Shown: piece by piece, positions 18,081 to 28,746 of the stretch | How positions within the stretch are numbered: position 1 is the first letter of the stretch | How the letters are laid out: the number at the start of each line of letters is the position of its first letter | Source of the DNA: an uncultured delta proteobacterium | GTDB taxonomy: Bacteria > Myxococcota_A > Polyangia > Polyangiales > Polyangiaceae | DNA length: 64,000 nucleotides | NCBI GenBank assembly: GCA_963841435.1 | Contig: CAWJCS010000003.1 | Coordinates: 480,001-544,000 of the forward strand | Reading direction: 5' to 3' | Translations under genes and position numbers: made by a program | The notes under the pieces: model-generated | The model's input: only the letters and a program-made list of their open reading frames with translations | Told to the model about the DNA's origin: nothing | Databases searched by the model: none

Positions 18081-20915
18081 ATGCCTCACGCACCAAACCC
18101 CCTGTCCCGAAGCGCGCGCCTGCTGAGAACCCTTCTCTTGGCAGGCTCGGTCGCTGTCCTCGGCTACGGGTGCGGTGAATCCCCCACGCGACCGGAAAAC
18201 ACGAGTGGAGGCGGGAGCGGTGGCGGTGGAAGCGGCGGCCGCGGCGGGACCGCGGAAGCCGGGTCGTCCGACGAGCAAGCGGGGCATGCACAGGGTGGCG
18301 AAACCGCGGCATCGACCTGTGGCAACGGAGAGCGCGAGGGCGACGAAGAGTGCGACGACGGCAACCTCCAAGCGGGTGACGGCTGCGATTCGGCGTGTCG
18401 CGCCGAGTCGGGGGCGCCGGCGTGCGGCGACAGCCTCCGAGAGGGCAACGAGGAATGCGACGACGGCAACCTCCGGTCGGGTGACGGTTGCGACGACCAA
18501 TGCCAGAAGGAGCTTTGCGGCAATGGTCGCGTCGATTCCGGCGAAGAGTGTGATCCGCCGCAGTCGGGCAGCTGCACGGAGAATTGTTCGCTCGTTCGAG
18601 CCAACTGCGGCAACGCCCAAGTCGACGGCGACGAGGAATGCGACGACGGTAACGACGAGAAAGGCGACGGCTGTTTCGAGTGTCGCATGGAGTGTGGAGA
18701 CAAGCGCATCGACGCGTCCATCGGTGAGGAATGCGACTACGGTCTCTCCCCCGCGGTTTGTTCGGAGGACTGCAAGTGGTTGCCGGCGTGCGGCGATGGC
18801 GTGGTGCAAAGCGAGACGGGCGAGGAGTGCGATCCGAGCAACGGCGTGACTTGTGTGGCCTGCCACAAGGTCGCGCCTGATCCGCGGGGCTGCGGCGCTG
18901 GCGGCTCGCAGGGTGAGGGCGGCTGCGGGGGAGCGCCGACCGAATGCGTGCCCCAGGGGGCCGTGCAGTCCGTTCAAAACGGCAATTTCGATACGGACAC
19001 CACGAGCTGGGCACCCCACAGCACCATCATCACGCTCACGTCGGTGAGCGACGGTGACCCGGCGCCGAAGTCCGTCGACGTGGCGATCGCGCTCGGCGAC
19101 GTCCGCGCGGTTTCCGGCGCCTACCAATGTGTCCCCATCGGACCGAGCGCTCGGTTCGTGGTGGAGGGCCGCTATCGCGTACCGACCGACGCTCCGAGCG
19201 GCGTCGGTGCGAGCCTCACCCTGGCCCTCTACCAGGGGACACTCTGTGAAGGCACCTACCTCACCGCCGGTTCCGGTCCGCTCGGCACCGTGCGCGACGC
19301 TTGGACGCCGTATCAATACTCCATCGACGGTTCCGCGCTCGCGGGTGAGGGGCGGCTTTTGGTGCGATTGAACGTGCTCCGGCCGGGGGCTGTTTCGGGG
19401 AGCCACGTTCTCTGGGACAGCGTGGCACTCGCGGGCTCTCAGAGCGCCTGCGGCAATTGCATGCTCGACGCAAGCGAGGAGTGCGACGACGGCAACCAGG
19501 TCTCCGGGGACGGCTGCACCAGCGTCTGCACGCTCGAACGCTGCGGCGATGGAGCAAAGAGCCAGGGCGAGGAGTGCGACGACGGGAACGTCGCCTTCGG
19601 TGCGACCAACGACGATTGCACCCCGAGCTGTCGAACACCCACGGCATGCGACCTCTGCGCGCGGAGCAGCTGCACGAGCGAGACGCTCGACTGCCTCGGG
19701 CTCGAGGGCGACGCGAAGTCGGGGCCGGCACGCGGGGCGCCCCGCAGCGGGCTCTGCGATGCGCTCAGGACCTGCGTTCAGGACACGTCCTGCGACCGGG
19801 TGAGCCGCGACATCGGCGGGGTAAAGGGCGCCTTCCTCGAGGGCTGCTATTGCGGCACCGCTGGAGGGGACTGCTTCACCGAGCCAGGTCTTGCCAATGG
19901 GAGCTGCCGGCAGGAGGTCGAAGCCGCGCTCGAGACCACGGACCCGACGGTGCTCGTGGGACGGCTGAGCGGGGCGGACGCGCGGTATCCTTTGTTCCGG
20001 GCGCTGAACGATTTGCTTGCCTGCGAAGGCACCGGCTGCGGCAACACCTGTGTCCGCGATCCGGTCTGTGGCGACGGCACCCGGCAAGATCGGGACCTCA
20101 CCGTCCTTTTGTCGGTCGGGGGTCGGGACGTGCCCTGCCAAGACGACCTCACCGTGACCGGCAGAGGTTGCTCGTTCGAGGAATGCGACGACGGCAACAC
20201 GACGCCTGGCGACGGCTGCGACGAGCACTGCCTGCTCGAGCAGTGCGGCGACGGCATCGTCGGGAGCATCGAGCAATGCGACGACGGCAACACCAACGAC
20301 GACGACGGTTGCAGCAAGACCTGCCGGTGGGAGTTTACCTGCGGCGACAGCGTCACGGAATCCATCGAGCAGTGCGATCCGCCGGGTGGCGACCACGCGT
20401 GCACTCCCGCTGAGTACCAGAGTGACCCTTCCGCGTGCGGCTGCAGTGAGACATGCCAGCGCGCCGTGTGCGGAGACGGCAAAATCCAAAAGCCCATCGA
20501 AGAATGCGACCCTCCGGACGGGGTCAAATGCAGCGCTGACTGCAAGCGCCTCGACCAAGGGCCCTGCGAACGCTGCATCAGCGAAGTGGATGGCTTTCCG
20601 TACGATGAAGAGTGCGAAGCTGACCCGGCCTGTTTGGCGGTCGAGCGATGCGTCCTCGACGCCGGTTGCTACCTACCCGTCAGCGCCGCCTGCTACTGCG
20701 GGGTAGATACCTCGAGCAATTGCGAAGACCCCAAGTTCAAGCCGATTGGGCCGTGCCACGAGCTCATCGCGACGGCGGCAGGGCCTCCCGGCCTCGAAAA
20801 CTCGCAAGTGCTGTTCGCGATGGGTGACCTCTTCAACCCCGCTGGCCTGGCCTTCTTGGTCGTCAGCGTTGGAGCCGATGATTGTCACGACGAGTGCTTC
20901 GGGACATCGCCCTGA
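18081..20915 (+). CDS. Lipoprotein with Myxococcus Cys-rich repeats (DUF4215-like) and a CBM-like beta-sandwich
   Basis: Lipobox LGYGC; many CG[ND]G..EECDDGN...GDGC repeats; NGNFDTD..W..GAYQC..WDSV domain. Confidence 0.85.
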   Translation: MPHAPNPLSRSARLLRTLLLAGSVAVLGYGCGESPTRPENTSGGGSGGGGSGGRGGTAEAGSSDEQAGHAQGGETAASTCGNGEREGDEECDDGNLQAGDGCDSACRAESGAPACGDSLREGNEECDDGNLRSGDGCDDQCQKELCGNGRVDSGEECDPPQSGSCTENCSLVRANCGNAQVDGDEECDDGNDEKGDGCFECRMECGDKRIDASIGEECDYGLSPAVCSEDCKWLPACGDGVVQSETGEECDPSNGVTCVACHKVAPDPRGCGAGGSQGEGGCGGAPTECVPQGAVQSVQNGNFDTDTTSWAPHSTIITLTSVSDGDPAPKSVDVAIALGDVRAVSGAYQCVPIGPSARFVVEGRYRVPTDAPSGVGASLTLALYQGTLCEGTYLTAGSGPLGTVRDAWTPYQYSIDGSALAGEGRLLVRLNVLRPGAVSGSHVLWDSVALAGSQSACGNCMLDASEECDDGNQVSGDGCTSVCTLERCGDGAKSQGEECDDGNVAFGATNDDCTPSCRTPTACDLCARSSCTSETLDCLGLEGDAKSGPARGAPRSGLCDALRTCVQDTSCDRVSRDIGGVKGAFLEGCYCGTAGGDCFTEPGLANGSCRQEVEAALETTDPTVLVGRLSGADARYPLFRALNDLLACEGTGCGNTCVRDPVCGDGTRQDRDLTVLLSVGGRDVPCQDDLTVTGRGCSFEECDDGNTTPGDGCDEHCLLEQCGDGIVGSIEQCDDGNTNDDDGCSKTCRWEFTCGDSVTESIEQCDPPGGDHACTPAEYQSDPSACGCSETCQRAVCGDGKIQKPIEECDPPDGVKCSADCKRLDQGPCERCISEVDGFPYDEECEADPACLAVERCVLDAGCYLPVSAACYCGVDTSSNCEDPKFKPIGPCHELIATAAGPPGLENSQVLFAMGDLFNPAGLAFLVVSVGADDCHDECFGTSP

Positions 20916-21006
20916 GCCAGCGGAGAAATCCGAGGAGCTACCCACCATGCCCCAGTTTCATCCCTTCCGTCAGGTCGTCACACGTTGACGAGCCAGGGGC
21001 CGCCAC

Positions 21007-22071
21007 GTGGCTCGGCTCGTAGGCCTCACGACGATCGTTTGGTGGGCCTCGATCGCCACTGCTGGCAGCGACCTCTCGACCGTCTTCAAGGTCAACGAGG
21101 AAGACCCCGCCGGGCACATTCCGACCATCGAGCAGCGCAACGCCAATCCGCTGCAGTTCGGATACTACCTTCAGGATCTGTACACGCGGGGCCAGCTAGC
21201 CCTCGAGAAGAAGGATTACGCAAAGGCGGTCAAATACTTCGAGACGCTGACGAAGATCTTGCCTGATCGCGCGCTCTCGTTCGGCGCCTTGTGCCAGAGC
21301 TATCAGCATCTCGGCAAGCTGGACCTCGCCGCAGCCAGTTGCGCCCGGGCGATCAGCCTCGAGGGCGCGACGCTCGTGGACCATCTCAGATTTTTGGACG
21401 TGACCTTGAGCGGCAAGGCGCCGACGAAGGAGGTGGTTGCGGACCTCGACGCGAGCATTGCTCACGTGCGAGAGCACCTCGCGGCTCAGCCGAAAGACGG
21501 GCCGCTGCCGCCGGAGTCCACGCGGCCTTCGCACCCACCCGACTACCAGCCCACCTCCGAGGAAGTCGCTGCGGACGTAGCTGCCGCCAGAGAGGCGCAC
21601 CGGATTCGGAAGGCGGAGATCGCGAGGCGCGATCAGCGAAGTTCCTTCCTGGTCGAGTTCGAGATCACCGTGTGCCGGCTGGCGCAGCGGCTACGGGATG
21701 GGAAGCGGCTCGGCGAATGCGTGGAACGCTTACGGGGCCAGAACGTCAACGAACCGATAGTGCTGACGTATGAGTGGTCGAAAGCCGTCGTCCAGGGCGA
21801 CGTCGCGGGCGCTTCGACTCTGCTCACCAAGGCCAAGAAGCTCGGGATCCCAGCTGCGACGCTGGACGCCATGGCAGACGAACAGGCGAAGGCGTTCGCC
21901 CCGAAGGGATTCCGAGGATTCGTTCGGCGCTGGGGTTTGCCGCTGTTCGCCGTGGTTACCGGCCTTGTGCTCGCGCTGCGATGGTTCGTTCGGCGCCGGG
22001 CCAGGCTCGGCAAGCCGGCGCTCGCCACACCGAGCCTTCCGGCGGACTCGACTGAGTCCGCGGAAGCGTAG
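21007..22071 (+). CDS. Exported TPR protein with C-terminal TM anchor
   Basis: GQLALEKKDYAKAVKYFE / LCQSYQHLGKLDLAAASC (TPR-like); TM WGLPLFAVVTGLVLAL followed by basic residues. Confidence 0.65.
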   Translation: MARLVGLTTIVWWASIATAGSDLSTVFKVNEEDPAGHIPTIEQRNANPLQFGYYLQDLYTRGQLALEKKDYAKAVKYFETLTKILPDRALSFGALCQSYQHLGKLDLAAASCARAISLEGATLVDHLRFLDVTLSGKAPTKEVVADLDASIAHVREHLAAQPKDGPLPPESTRPSHPPDYQPTSEEVAADVAAAREAHRIRKAEIARRDQRSSFLVEFEITVCRLAQRLRDGKRLGECVERLRGQNVNEPIVLTYEWSKAVVQGDVAGASTLLTKAKKLGIPAATLDAMADEQAKAFAPKGFRGFVRRWGLPLFAVVTGLVLALRWFVRRRARLGKPALATPSLPADSTESAEA

Positions 22072-22081
22072 CGCCCGAGCA

Positions 22082-22115
22082 TTCCGAATTTCGGAGAGCA
22101 TTCCGGAATTCGGAA
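22082..22115. promoter_or_regulatory. Tandem palindromic operator candidates, copies 5 and 6
   Basis: TTCCG AATTT CGGAG (22082-22096) and TTCCG GAATT CGGAA (22101-22115). Confidence 0.65.
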
Positions 22116-22362
22116 GAGTGATACTCATTCGCTCGACGCGCGCATCGGGTTCCAACGCGAGCGTCTGCGTGATCGCGAATCGAGCCGCAAATGACCTTGA
22201 TTTCGCGGTGACCATTGTGAACACACACGGGCGCAAACGCCCCGACATTGTCACCCCCTGAAACGTACCCGTGTTGTAGCGTCCGGCCGCCGCTCGGAGT
22301 TCACCTTGCAACGTGACTCGGCGTAGTGGCCTCTGACAACGGGTTAACGAAAGGGAGCTCAT

Positions 22363-23863
22363 ATGAAGATGCATAGGGTAGGCGCCTTCGCCGCGATACT
22401 TGCGGCTGGCGCATTCTTTGGCTGTTCTCAGGACAAGGGCGCGATCCCGGGTGACGACACCGCGACGGTGTCATTCCAGGTCAAGGGCACCGGTCCAAAC
22501 GGCGAGATCGTTCAGATTGACTCGGTCAACTACGACCTGAACACCGGCGGAGGTGCGGACGTTCCTCGCGGGCAGCCTCAGTGTCCCGAACGACACCGAC
22601 GTGGTCTCCCTCAACATCCAGAGCTTGCACGCCGGCGACTACGCCTTGGCGTTTTCGGCAACGGGCATGTACATGGGGAACGCCGTTCCCTGCGTGAGCA
22701 ACCCGGTTAGCTTCACGATCGTTGCAGGGCAGACGCTGACGCTGCCGGCGGTCACGCTGCTCTGCACCATCCAAGGCGGCCAGACCGACGACACGGGCGG
22801 CTTCAACGCGAGCGTCAGTGTCCAGGTCGAGACCATCACGGTGGCGAACATCGTAGAGACGTTCATCTACGCTCCGTCCACGTCCAATGGCCACCTGGTC
22901 GGCGGTGCTTGCGTGTACCAGCCGATCTCACTGCAGATCGCCAACACCGACCCCTCGATCAGCTACAGCTGGTCGGCGACGCCCGATGGATCGTTCACGG
23001 GTACGGCTCTCAACGGCACGTACGTGTGTGCCTCCGGCGGCTCGAAGAGCCTGACGCTCACCGCCACCATGGGCTCGACGACGTTGACGAAGAGCATCAC
23101 GGTCACCTGCGACGACACCGCCTGCGGCTACGTCTGCGGCAACGGTACCGTCGAGCCGGGTGAGCAGTGCGACGAAGTCAGCCAGCGCTGCGCGAACTGT
23201 CAGATCGTTCCGACCTGCGGCGACGGCGTCGTTGACGCTCCGGAACAGTGCGACAGCATCAGCCCGCCGCTGCCGACGAGCACCTGTGACATCAACTGCC
23301 ACACGATCAGCCAGGCTGTCTGCGGCAACGGAGTCAAGGAAGGCACCGAGCAGTGCGACAACGGTACCGCGAACAGCGACACGGCGGCGGACGCTTGCCG
23401 CACGAACTGCACGAACGCCACCTGCGGCGACGGCGTGGTCGACACCGGTGAACAGTGCGACGGTGGCTCCGCCTGCGACGCCAACTGCCAGACGGTCGTG
23501 ACCGCGAAGTGGCCGGCCTGCCTCACCTGCCTCAACCAGGACATCGACACGTCGTACCTGCAGAGTGCGTACTGCACCTCGCAGGCGTGCGTGGACATCG
23601 AGGCGTGCGTGGTCAACTCGGGTTGCTATCTGCCGGTCTCCGCCGCGTGCTACTGCGGTCCCGACACGAGTGCTAACTGCGAGGATCCGAACTTCGTGCC
23701 GACCGGCGCTTGTGCGGGTCTCATCCGCGCGGCAACCGGCAACCTCACGAACGCGGAAACCCTCACGGCCGCGCAAGACTTCTCCAACGCGTCCGGTCAA
23801 GCGCTCCTGGTGCTGAGCGAAGCGTCACAGCCCACGAACACTTGCGTCAGCACCTGCTTCTGA
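22363..23863 (+). CDS. Lipoprotein with Cys-rich (DUF4215-like) repeats; +1 frameshift near 22562
   Basis: RBS GGGAG; lipobox FFGC. ORF 22363..22710 joins ORF 22553..23863 when one T is removed (..GGADVLAGSLSV..). CGNG..EQCD repeats. Confidence 0.75.
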
Positions 23864-23910
23864 GAGGCAGTCGCTCTACTCTCGCAGTAGGGCTGCGCTG
23901 AAGAAGTGAA

Positions 23911-23953
23911 GCGTCGTCCTGGCTCCCCCACGATGGGGGAGCCGGGGCGTCGC
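23911..23953 (+). other. Strong intergenic stem-loop
   Basis: gcgtcgtcctggctccccca-cga-tgggggagccggggcgtcgc; no U-tail. Confidence 0.6.
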
Positions 23954-24101
23954 GCCAACGTTCAAAACGGCGCTCCGTGCACTCGCCAGGCACAGCGCGT
24001 GTTCGCCCTGCGGCACGCGCGAGGGCGGAGCCGCACCAAGACAACGACACAATCGGTCTTCCCAGCCAATAGATAACCCGCTGTTATCTAAGGAGTTTTT
24101 C

Positions 24102-26495
24102 GTGAAATACCTCAATCCCCTTCGGACGGGCGCGCTGCTCGGATTCGGATTGCTCGTCGGAGCAACCGAGGCGGCCGCGGACCCCTCCGTCCAGCTCACC
24201 ACCGCTCAGAATCAAACCTCCAGCCTCGGCGACCTCATCGGCTCCGACACGCTCGAGGACATCGCGCGAGACGTCATCGCGAACGCCCCGGCCATCTCGG
24301 CAGACAACGCCGCACAGGGTGGCATCGGCATCATCGGCTACCTCGGCCTCGGTTCTTCCGCCGGCCAGCGGCAGCTGATTGGCGCGCCCAGCACGGGCGA
24401 GCCGACCTGCACCACCACCGCGGGCACCGTCAACGGCGATACCAACTGGGGCTGCGAAGAAGTGGCGCCCATGTCTCGCCAGTTCAACAGCGCCATCTGC
24501 AGCCACGACGCCGACGACCCGCGCGACGCGGACGACTCGACGACGGTGAACAGCACCGCGGAAGGCATCTCCGTCGGCCTGGACGGCCTATCGGTGATCG
24601 CGGACAACGCGGGCCACCGTCAGTACGCCACGGGCACGTGCGTTACGCCCGACACCTCGACCCCCGAGAGCACGGTTTTTGGCCCGAGCAGCGACAACAG
24701 CGCCGGGATCCCGGGTGCCAACGGCTACGGCGGCACCGGCACGCTGCGCAACTCGGGCAATATCGGCGCCTACCAACTCGGCGGCGGCGCCCTCGCTGGT
24801 GACGGTTGGAAGGACGTTCTGCGGCTCATCTACACGGGCTGCAGGAACGACCAGGGCACCTGCGCGGCCACGATCACGCGCTTCGATCGGTGCAGCCCGA
24901 CCGTGAACACGGTGCGCCGTGACCTGGTCAACAGCTACGCCAACATCTTCGAAGGTACGGACTGCCCCGAAGCCAACCATTGCACGCAGCTTCGCGCGGC
25001 CTACCGCCGTGACGACGCGTCGGGCACGACGGGCTTCATCCTCGACACGCTCGGCCTTCGCAGCGGCGGCAGCGACCTCGCCGCGCGAACCCGCGTCTCC
25101 AATCCCGGCGGCGCCGGTACGAACGGGTTCCAGACCGTGCCGGAGAACATCTTCTGCGACGGCGGGCAATACGAGGGCCTGTGGCCCGTGCCTTACACGA
25201 CGGGCACGGTTCCGGTCCTCACTGCTGTCGCCGCCGGAGAAACGTACATCGGCGATCCGCTCCAGCGCGCCTGCGCACCGGAGGACGACCTCTGCGGTCC
25301 CACCGGTACCATCGGCCTCGTCCGACCGATCCGCAGCCCGCGAGACTTTGCCTACCCGGCGGTCCAGTGCACCCGCAACGCCTTCGATCGCAAGCCCTGG
25401 CCGAACACGGGTACGGTTCCGACCTGCCCCGACGGCACGGCTCCGACGCTGCGCGGCTGCTATGCCCCGTACTACAACGCGGGCGGCGGCAGCCAGAACT
25501 TCGACTGCATGAACCCGGCCAACAGCCGCAACTCGCAGAGCCCGACCGCGCTCGACGGTCGCGTGTTCAACTTCATCTGGAGGCTTCCGAACGGCGACTT
25601 GTCGAACATCAACCACCAGCAGGCAAACAGCGTGAATCTGCCTGAGATTGCCCAGTGGCGCCAGAACATGGCGACGGTCAATCCCGGCGCAACGGCGGTG
25701 GCCGGCGGTGCGTTCGGCTCGACCACGCCGCTCAGCACGCAGTCGTACCTCCCGTCGGGCTCGCTCAGCGCGAGCTTCAACAAGACCTACGCTGGCGGCG
25801 TCGTTTGCCAGCAGGGTTCTGCGACGGACGTGATCGGTTGCGCGGTGGCCAACACGCGCTGTGTCATCGGCTACAGCGGTCGCGAGACGGGCACGAACCA
25901 GCCGCAGGACGATGGCAACGAGTTCATCCGGCTCGGTGGCTTCGTCCCGTCGAACGAAGACGTCATCGCCGGCAACTACCCGATCACTCGCTCGCTGTTC
26001 GTCAACGCGATTGGCGGCTTCGAGAGCGTCTTCGAGGATTGCCTCGCGCGTCAGTCCAACCCGAGCGACCCGACTTGGGAGTATTGTCAGGACGAGCTCG
26101 AGTTCGCCAGGCGCTTCTACATCATGAACTCGGCCACGCAGGCCTCGGTCTCCAAGTTCGGGTTCATCCCGATCGCGGCAAACTCGGCGGCACTCTGCGC
26201 CGGCTCCACGAACATCGCTCAGTGCGTGGCCAACATGGACAAGCGCTGGGCGGCCCGCTGCGTCGGTGCCACGAGCGGCCAGCCCGGTACGTCGGTGGCC
26301 GGCTGCGGTCGCCTCAACACCACCACTGAGACGCTCAGCAGTGGTATCCAGCTACCGCACCAGGACATCGAGCGTTGCGATCCGGACCACGTTACGTGGG
26401 GTACTCCGGAGGGACCCGCCGCGGGTCTGAGCTGCGAGGCTTCGGTGAGCACCTCGTCCGGTCCTGCGATCGGCGCGAACAACACCTGCGGCTGA
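24102..26495 (+). CDS. Large exported Cys-rich PstS/PBP2-like substrate-binding protein
   Basis: RBS AAGGAG; signal peptide ..EAAA; PstS-like motifs in order GSDTL, MSR, VGLDGLSV, RRDDASGTT, IGYSG, YPITRSLFV. Confidence 0.7.
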   Translation: MKYLNPLRTGALLGFGLLVGATEAAADPSVQLTTAQNQTSSLGDLIGSDTLEDIARDVIANAPAISADNAAQGGIGIIGYLGLGSSAGQRQLIGAPSTGEPTCTTTAGTVNGDTNWGCEEVAPMSRQFNSAICSHDADDPRDADDSTTVNSTAEGISVGLDGLSVIADNAGHRQYATGTCVTPDTSTPESTVFGPSSDNSAGIPGANGYGGTGTLRNSGNIGAYQLGGGALAGDGWKDVLRLIYTGCRNDQGTCAATITRFDRCSPTVNTVRRDLVNSYANIFEGTDCPEANHCTQLRAAYRRDDASGTTGFILDTLGLRSGGSDLAARTRVSNPGGAGTNGFQTVPENIFCDGGQYEGLWPVPYTTGTVPVLTAVAAGETYIGDPLQRACAPEDDLCGPTGTIGLVRPIRSPRDFAYPAVQCTRNAFDRKPWPNTGTVPTCPDGTAPTLRGCYAPYYNAGGGSQNFDCMNPANSRNSQSPTALDGRVFNFIWRLPNGDLSNINHQQANSVNLPEIAQWRQNMATVNPGATAVAGGAFGSTTPLSTQSYLPSGSLSASFNKTYAGGVVCQQGSATDVIGCAVANTRCVIGYSGRETGTNQPQDDGNEFIRLGGFVPSNEDVIAGNYPITRSLFVNAIGGFESVFEDCLARQSNPSDPTWEYCQDELEFARRFYIMNSATQASVSKFGFIPIAANSAALCAGSTNIAQCVANMDKRWAARCVGATSGQPGTSVAGCGRLNTTTETLSSGIQLPHQDIERCDPDHVTWGTPEGPAAGLSCEASVSTSSGPAIGANNTCG

Positions 26496-26566
26496 GCGCA
26501 GGAGCGCCGTCGTGTCGGGCCCGGACTCGGTTCGGGCTTAGCCTCGGCACCTCGGCCTAACGTCGA

Positions 26567-26606
26567 ACCAAGGCCGGAGTGGCAACGCTCCGGCCTTGGT
26601 CTTTTT
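26567..26606 (+). terminator. Rho-independent terminator after the PstS-like gene
   Basis: accaaggccggag-tggcaacg-ctccggccttggt followed by cttttt. Confidence 0.85.
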
Positions 26607-26667
26607 GTGGCACGCGAGTTCGAGTTCTCGTTGCCGGAGGGAGAGAGAGAGAGCACCGTCTGGAGCG

Positions 26668-28746
26668 ATGAAGCGCCCCGACTCCCGCGCCAGCGTCGAG
26701 GTCGCGTTCGGGCACTACCAGGCGGGCAGCCGCGACAAGGCGAGGGTCGAATGCGAACGCGTGCTCAAGCGCGATCCGCGCGAGGCACGTGCGCTGTTCT
26801 TGCTCGGAACCATCGACCTGGACGACGGGCGCGCCGAGCGCGCCGTCGAGCGTCTCAAGAAGGCGGTCGGGCTCGCCCCGAGCGCGGGGCCGTTCTGGTC
26901 GAACCTCGGCCTCGCCCATGCGAAGTCGCGCGATTTCGAGCGCGCCGAGAAGGCCCTGACGCGGGCGCTCGAGCTTGCTCCCAACTTGGTCGAGGCGACC
27001 TTCAATCTCGGCCTCGTGCACCTGGACCGCGGAGATCCCGGTGCGGCGCTGCCGTACCTCGGACGCGCCGCCGAGCAGCGCCCGGGCGTGCTCGTCGTGC
27101 AACGTGCCTACGCCCGTGCGCTCGTGCGTGCAGGCCAGGTCGATGAGGGCCTCGCACGGTTTCGCTCGACGCTGGGGCTCGCCGGAGGCTCCACGGAAAC
27201 GCACCTCGAGTTCTTCTCCCTGCTCGAGCTGCATGGTCGCCACGCCGAGGCCGAAGCAATCGCGAGCTCGCTGGTGGCGGAGCACCCCACCCTCGCCGAG
27301 GCCCACGTTCGCCTCGGCCAGGCGCTCGCGCAAAAAGACGAGAACGACGCGGCACTCGCTTGCTTCCAGCGCGCCGTGGAGCTCGATCCGACTCACGCCG
27401 CGGCGCGGCGTGGGAGCGCGCTCACGCTGCTCGAGCTCGGTTGCCTGGAAGAAGCCATCCCCGAGCTCGAACGCGCCGTCGAGCTCGACCCCGCGGTCGA
27501 ACGCCCACATAGCAATCTCGTTTTCTACGCCGCGTTCAGTCCGGCCCACGATGCGGCGCGTATCCTCGAAGCCGCCCGCCGCTTCGACGAACGCCATACC
27601 CGGCCCCTCGCGGCCCGACGGCAGCCTCATGAAAATGATCCCTCTCCCGACAGGCGCCTGAGAATCGGCTACGTGTCGCCCGAGCTCCGCGACCACTCGC
27701 AGCGGCTGTTCACGCTGCCCGTCCTGCGCGAGCACGACCACGAACGCTTCGAGATCGTCTGCTACTCGAGCACGCGCCCCGAAGACGCGTGGACCGACCG
27801 TCTGCGTGACTTCGCCGACGCGTGGCACGACGTGGCAAACATGAGCAACGAGAAGCTCGCCGCGCAGATCCGCGACCAGCGCATCGACGTGCTGGTGGAC
27901 CTCACCATGCACATGAGCGGGCAACGTTTGAAGCTCTTCGCCGAAAAGCCCGCACCGGTGCAGATGGCGTGGCTCGCATACCCCGGCACGACCGGCGTCG
28001 GTGGAATCGACTATCGCCTGACCGATCCGCACCTGGATCCTCCGGCCGGTCCTCTGCCGTATTCGGAGCAGTCGCTGTGGCTACCTTCGACTTTTTGGTG
28101 CTACGACCCCGCGAGCACCGAACCGGCCGCCAATGAGCTGCCGGCGCTGTCGAACGGGTACGTGACGTTCGGCTGCCTGAACAATTTCTTGAAGGTGAAT
28201 CGCGGTGTGCTCGAGCTGTGGGCACGGGTGCTCCAGGCCCTGCCGACTTCCCGACTACTCTTGCTCGCACCCTCCGAACGCGCCCGGGCCTTTGCGCTCC
28301 GTGTCCTCGAGTCCAATGGGGTCGATCCCGGGCGCGTGGAGCTAACGGGCCTGGCGTGGCGAAAGGACTACCTTCGGACCTACCACCGCATCGATGTCGC
28401 GCTGGATTGTGTTCCGTACAACGGCCACACGACGAGTCTCGACGCCTTTTGGATGGGCGTGCCCGTGGTGTCGCTCGTCGGACAAACCGTCGTGGGCCGC
28501 GCTGGTCTTTGCCAGGCGCAAAACCTCGCGCTCCCCGAGCTCGCGGTCGACACCGCGCAAGAGTTCGTCGCGCGAAGTGTCGAGCTCGCCGCCGATCTGC
28601 CGCGCCTCGCCACGCTGCGCCGGCGCCTCCGGTCACGGCTCGAAACGTCGCCGCTCATGGATGCGCGGAGCTTCACGCGTGCGCTGGAGGCCGCGTATCG
28701 CGAGGCTTGGGAGCGCTGGTGCTCCCGCGTCACTCCAGGCGCTTGA
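26668..28746 (+). CDS. TPR-containing O-GlcNAc transferase/SPINDLY-like glycosyltransferase (GT41)
   Basis: N-terminal TPRs; [68 protein letters not shown]. Confidence 0.9.
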   Translation: MKRPDSRASVEVAFGHYQAGSRDKARVECERVLKRDPREARALFLLGTIDLDDGRAERAVERLKKAVGLAPSAGPFWSNLGLAHAKSRDFERAEKALTRALELAPNLVEATFNLGLVHLDRGDPGAALPYLGRAAEQRPGVLVVQRAYARALVRAGQVDEGLARFRSTLGLAGGSTETHLEFFSLLELHGRHAEAEAIASSLVAEHPTLAEAHVRLGQALAQKDENDAALACFQRAVELDPTHAAARRGSALTLLELGCLEEAIPELERAVELDPAVERPHSNLVFYAAFSPAHDAARILEAARRFDERHTRPLAARRQPHENDPSPDRRLRIGYVSPELRDHSQRLFTLPVLREHDHERFEIVCYSSTRPEDAWTDRLRDFADAWHDVANMSNEKLAAQIRDQRIDVLVDLTMHMSGQRLKLFAEKPAPVQMAWLAYPGTTGVGGIDYRLTDPHLDPPAGPLPYSEQSLWLPSTFWCYDPASTEPAANELPALSNGYVTFGCLNNFLKVNRGVLELWARVLQALPTSRLLLLAPSERARAFALRVLESNGVDPGRVELTGLAWRKDYLRTYHRIDVALDCVPYNGHTTSLDAFWMGVPVVSLVGQTVVGRAGLCQAQNLALPELAVDTAQEFVARSVELAADLPRLATLRRRLRSRLETSPLMDARSFTRALEAAYREAWERWCSRVTPGA

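Noticed and set aside
18850-18870. CVACH in the Cys-rich lipoprotein (and CDINCH near 23285) as heme sites
   Set aside because: They fall at repeat Cys positions, so they are likely chance matches within disulfide repeats.
18072-20558. 828-aa minus-strand ORF
   Set aside because: Antisense shadow of the Cys-rich repeat gene.
26608-26623. TGGCACG upstream of GT41 as a sigma54 promoter
   Set aside because: The -12 position is CG, not GC.
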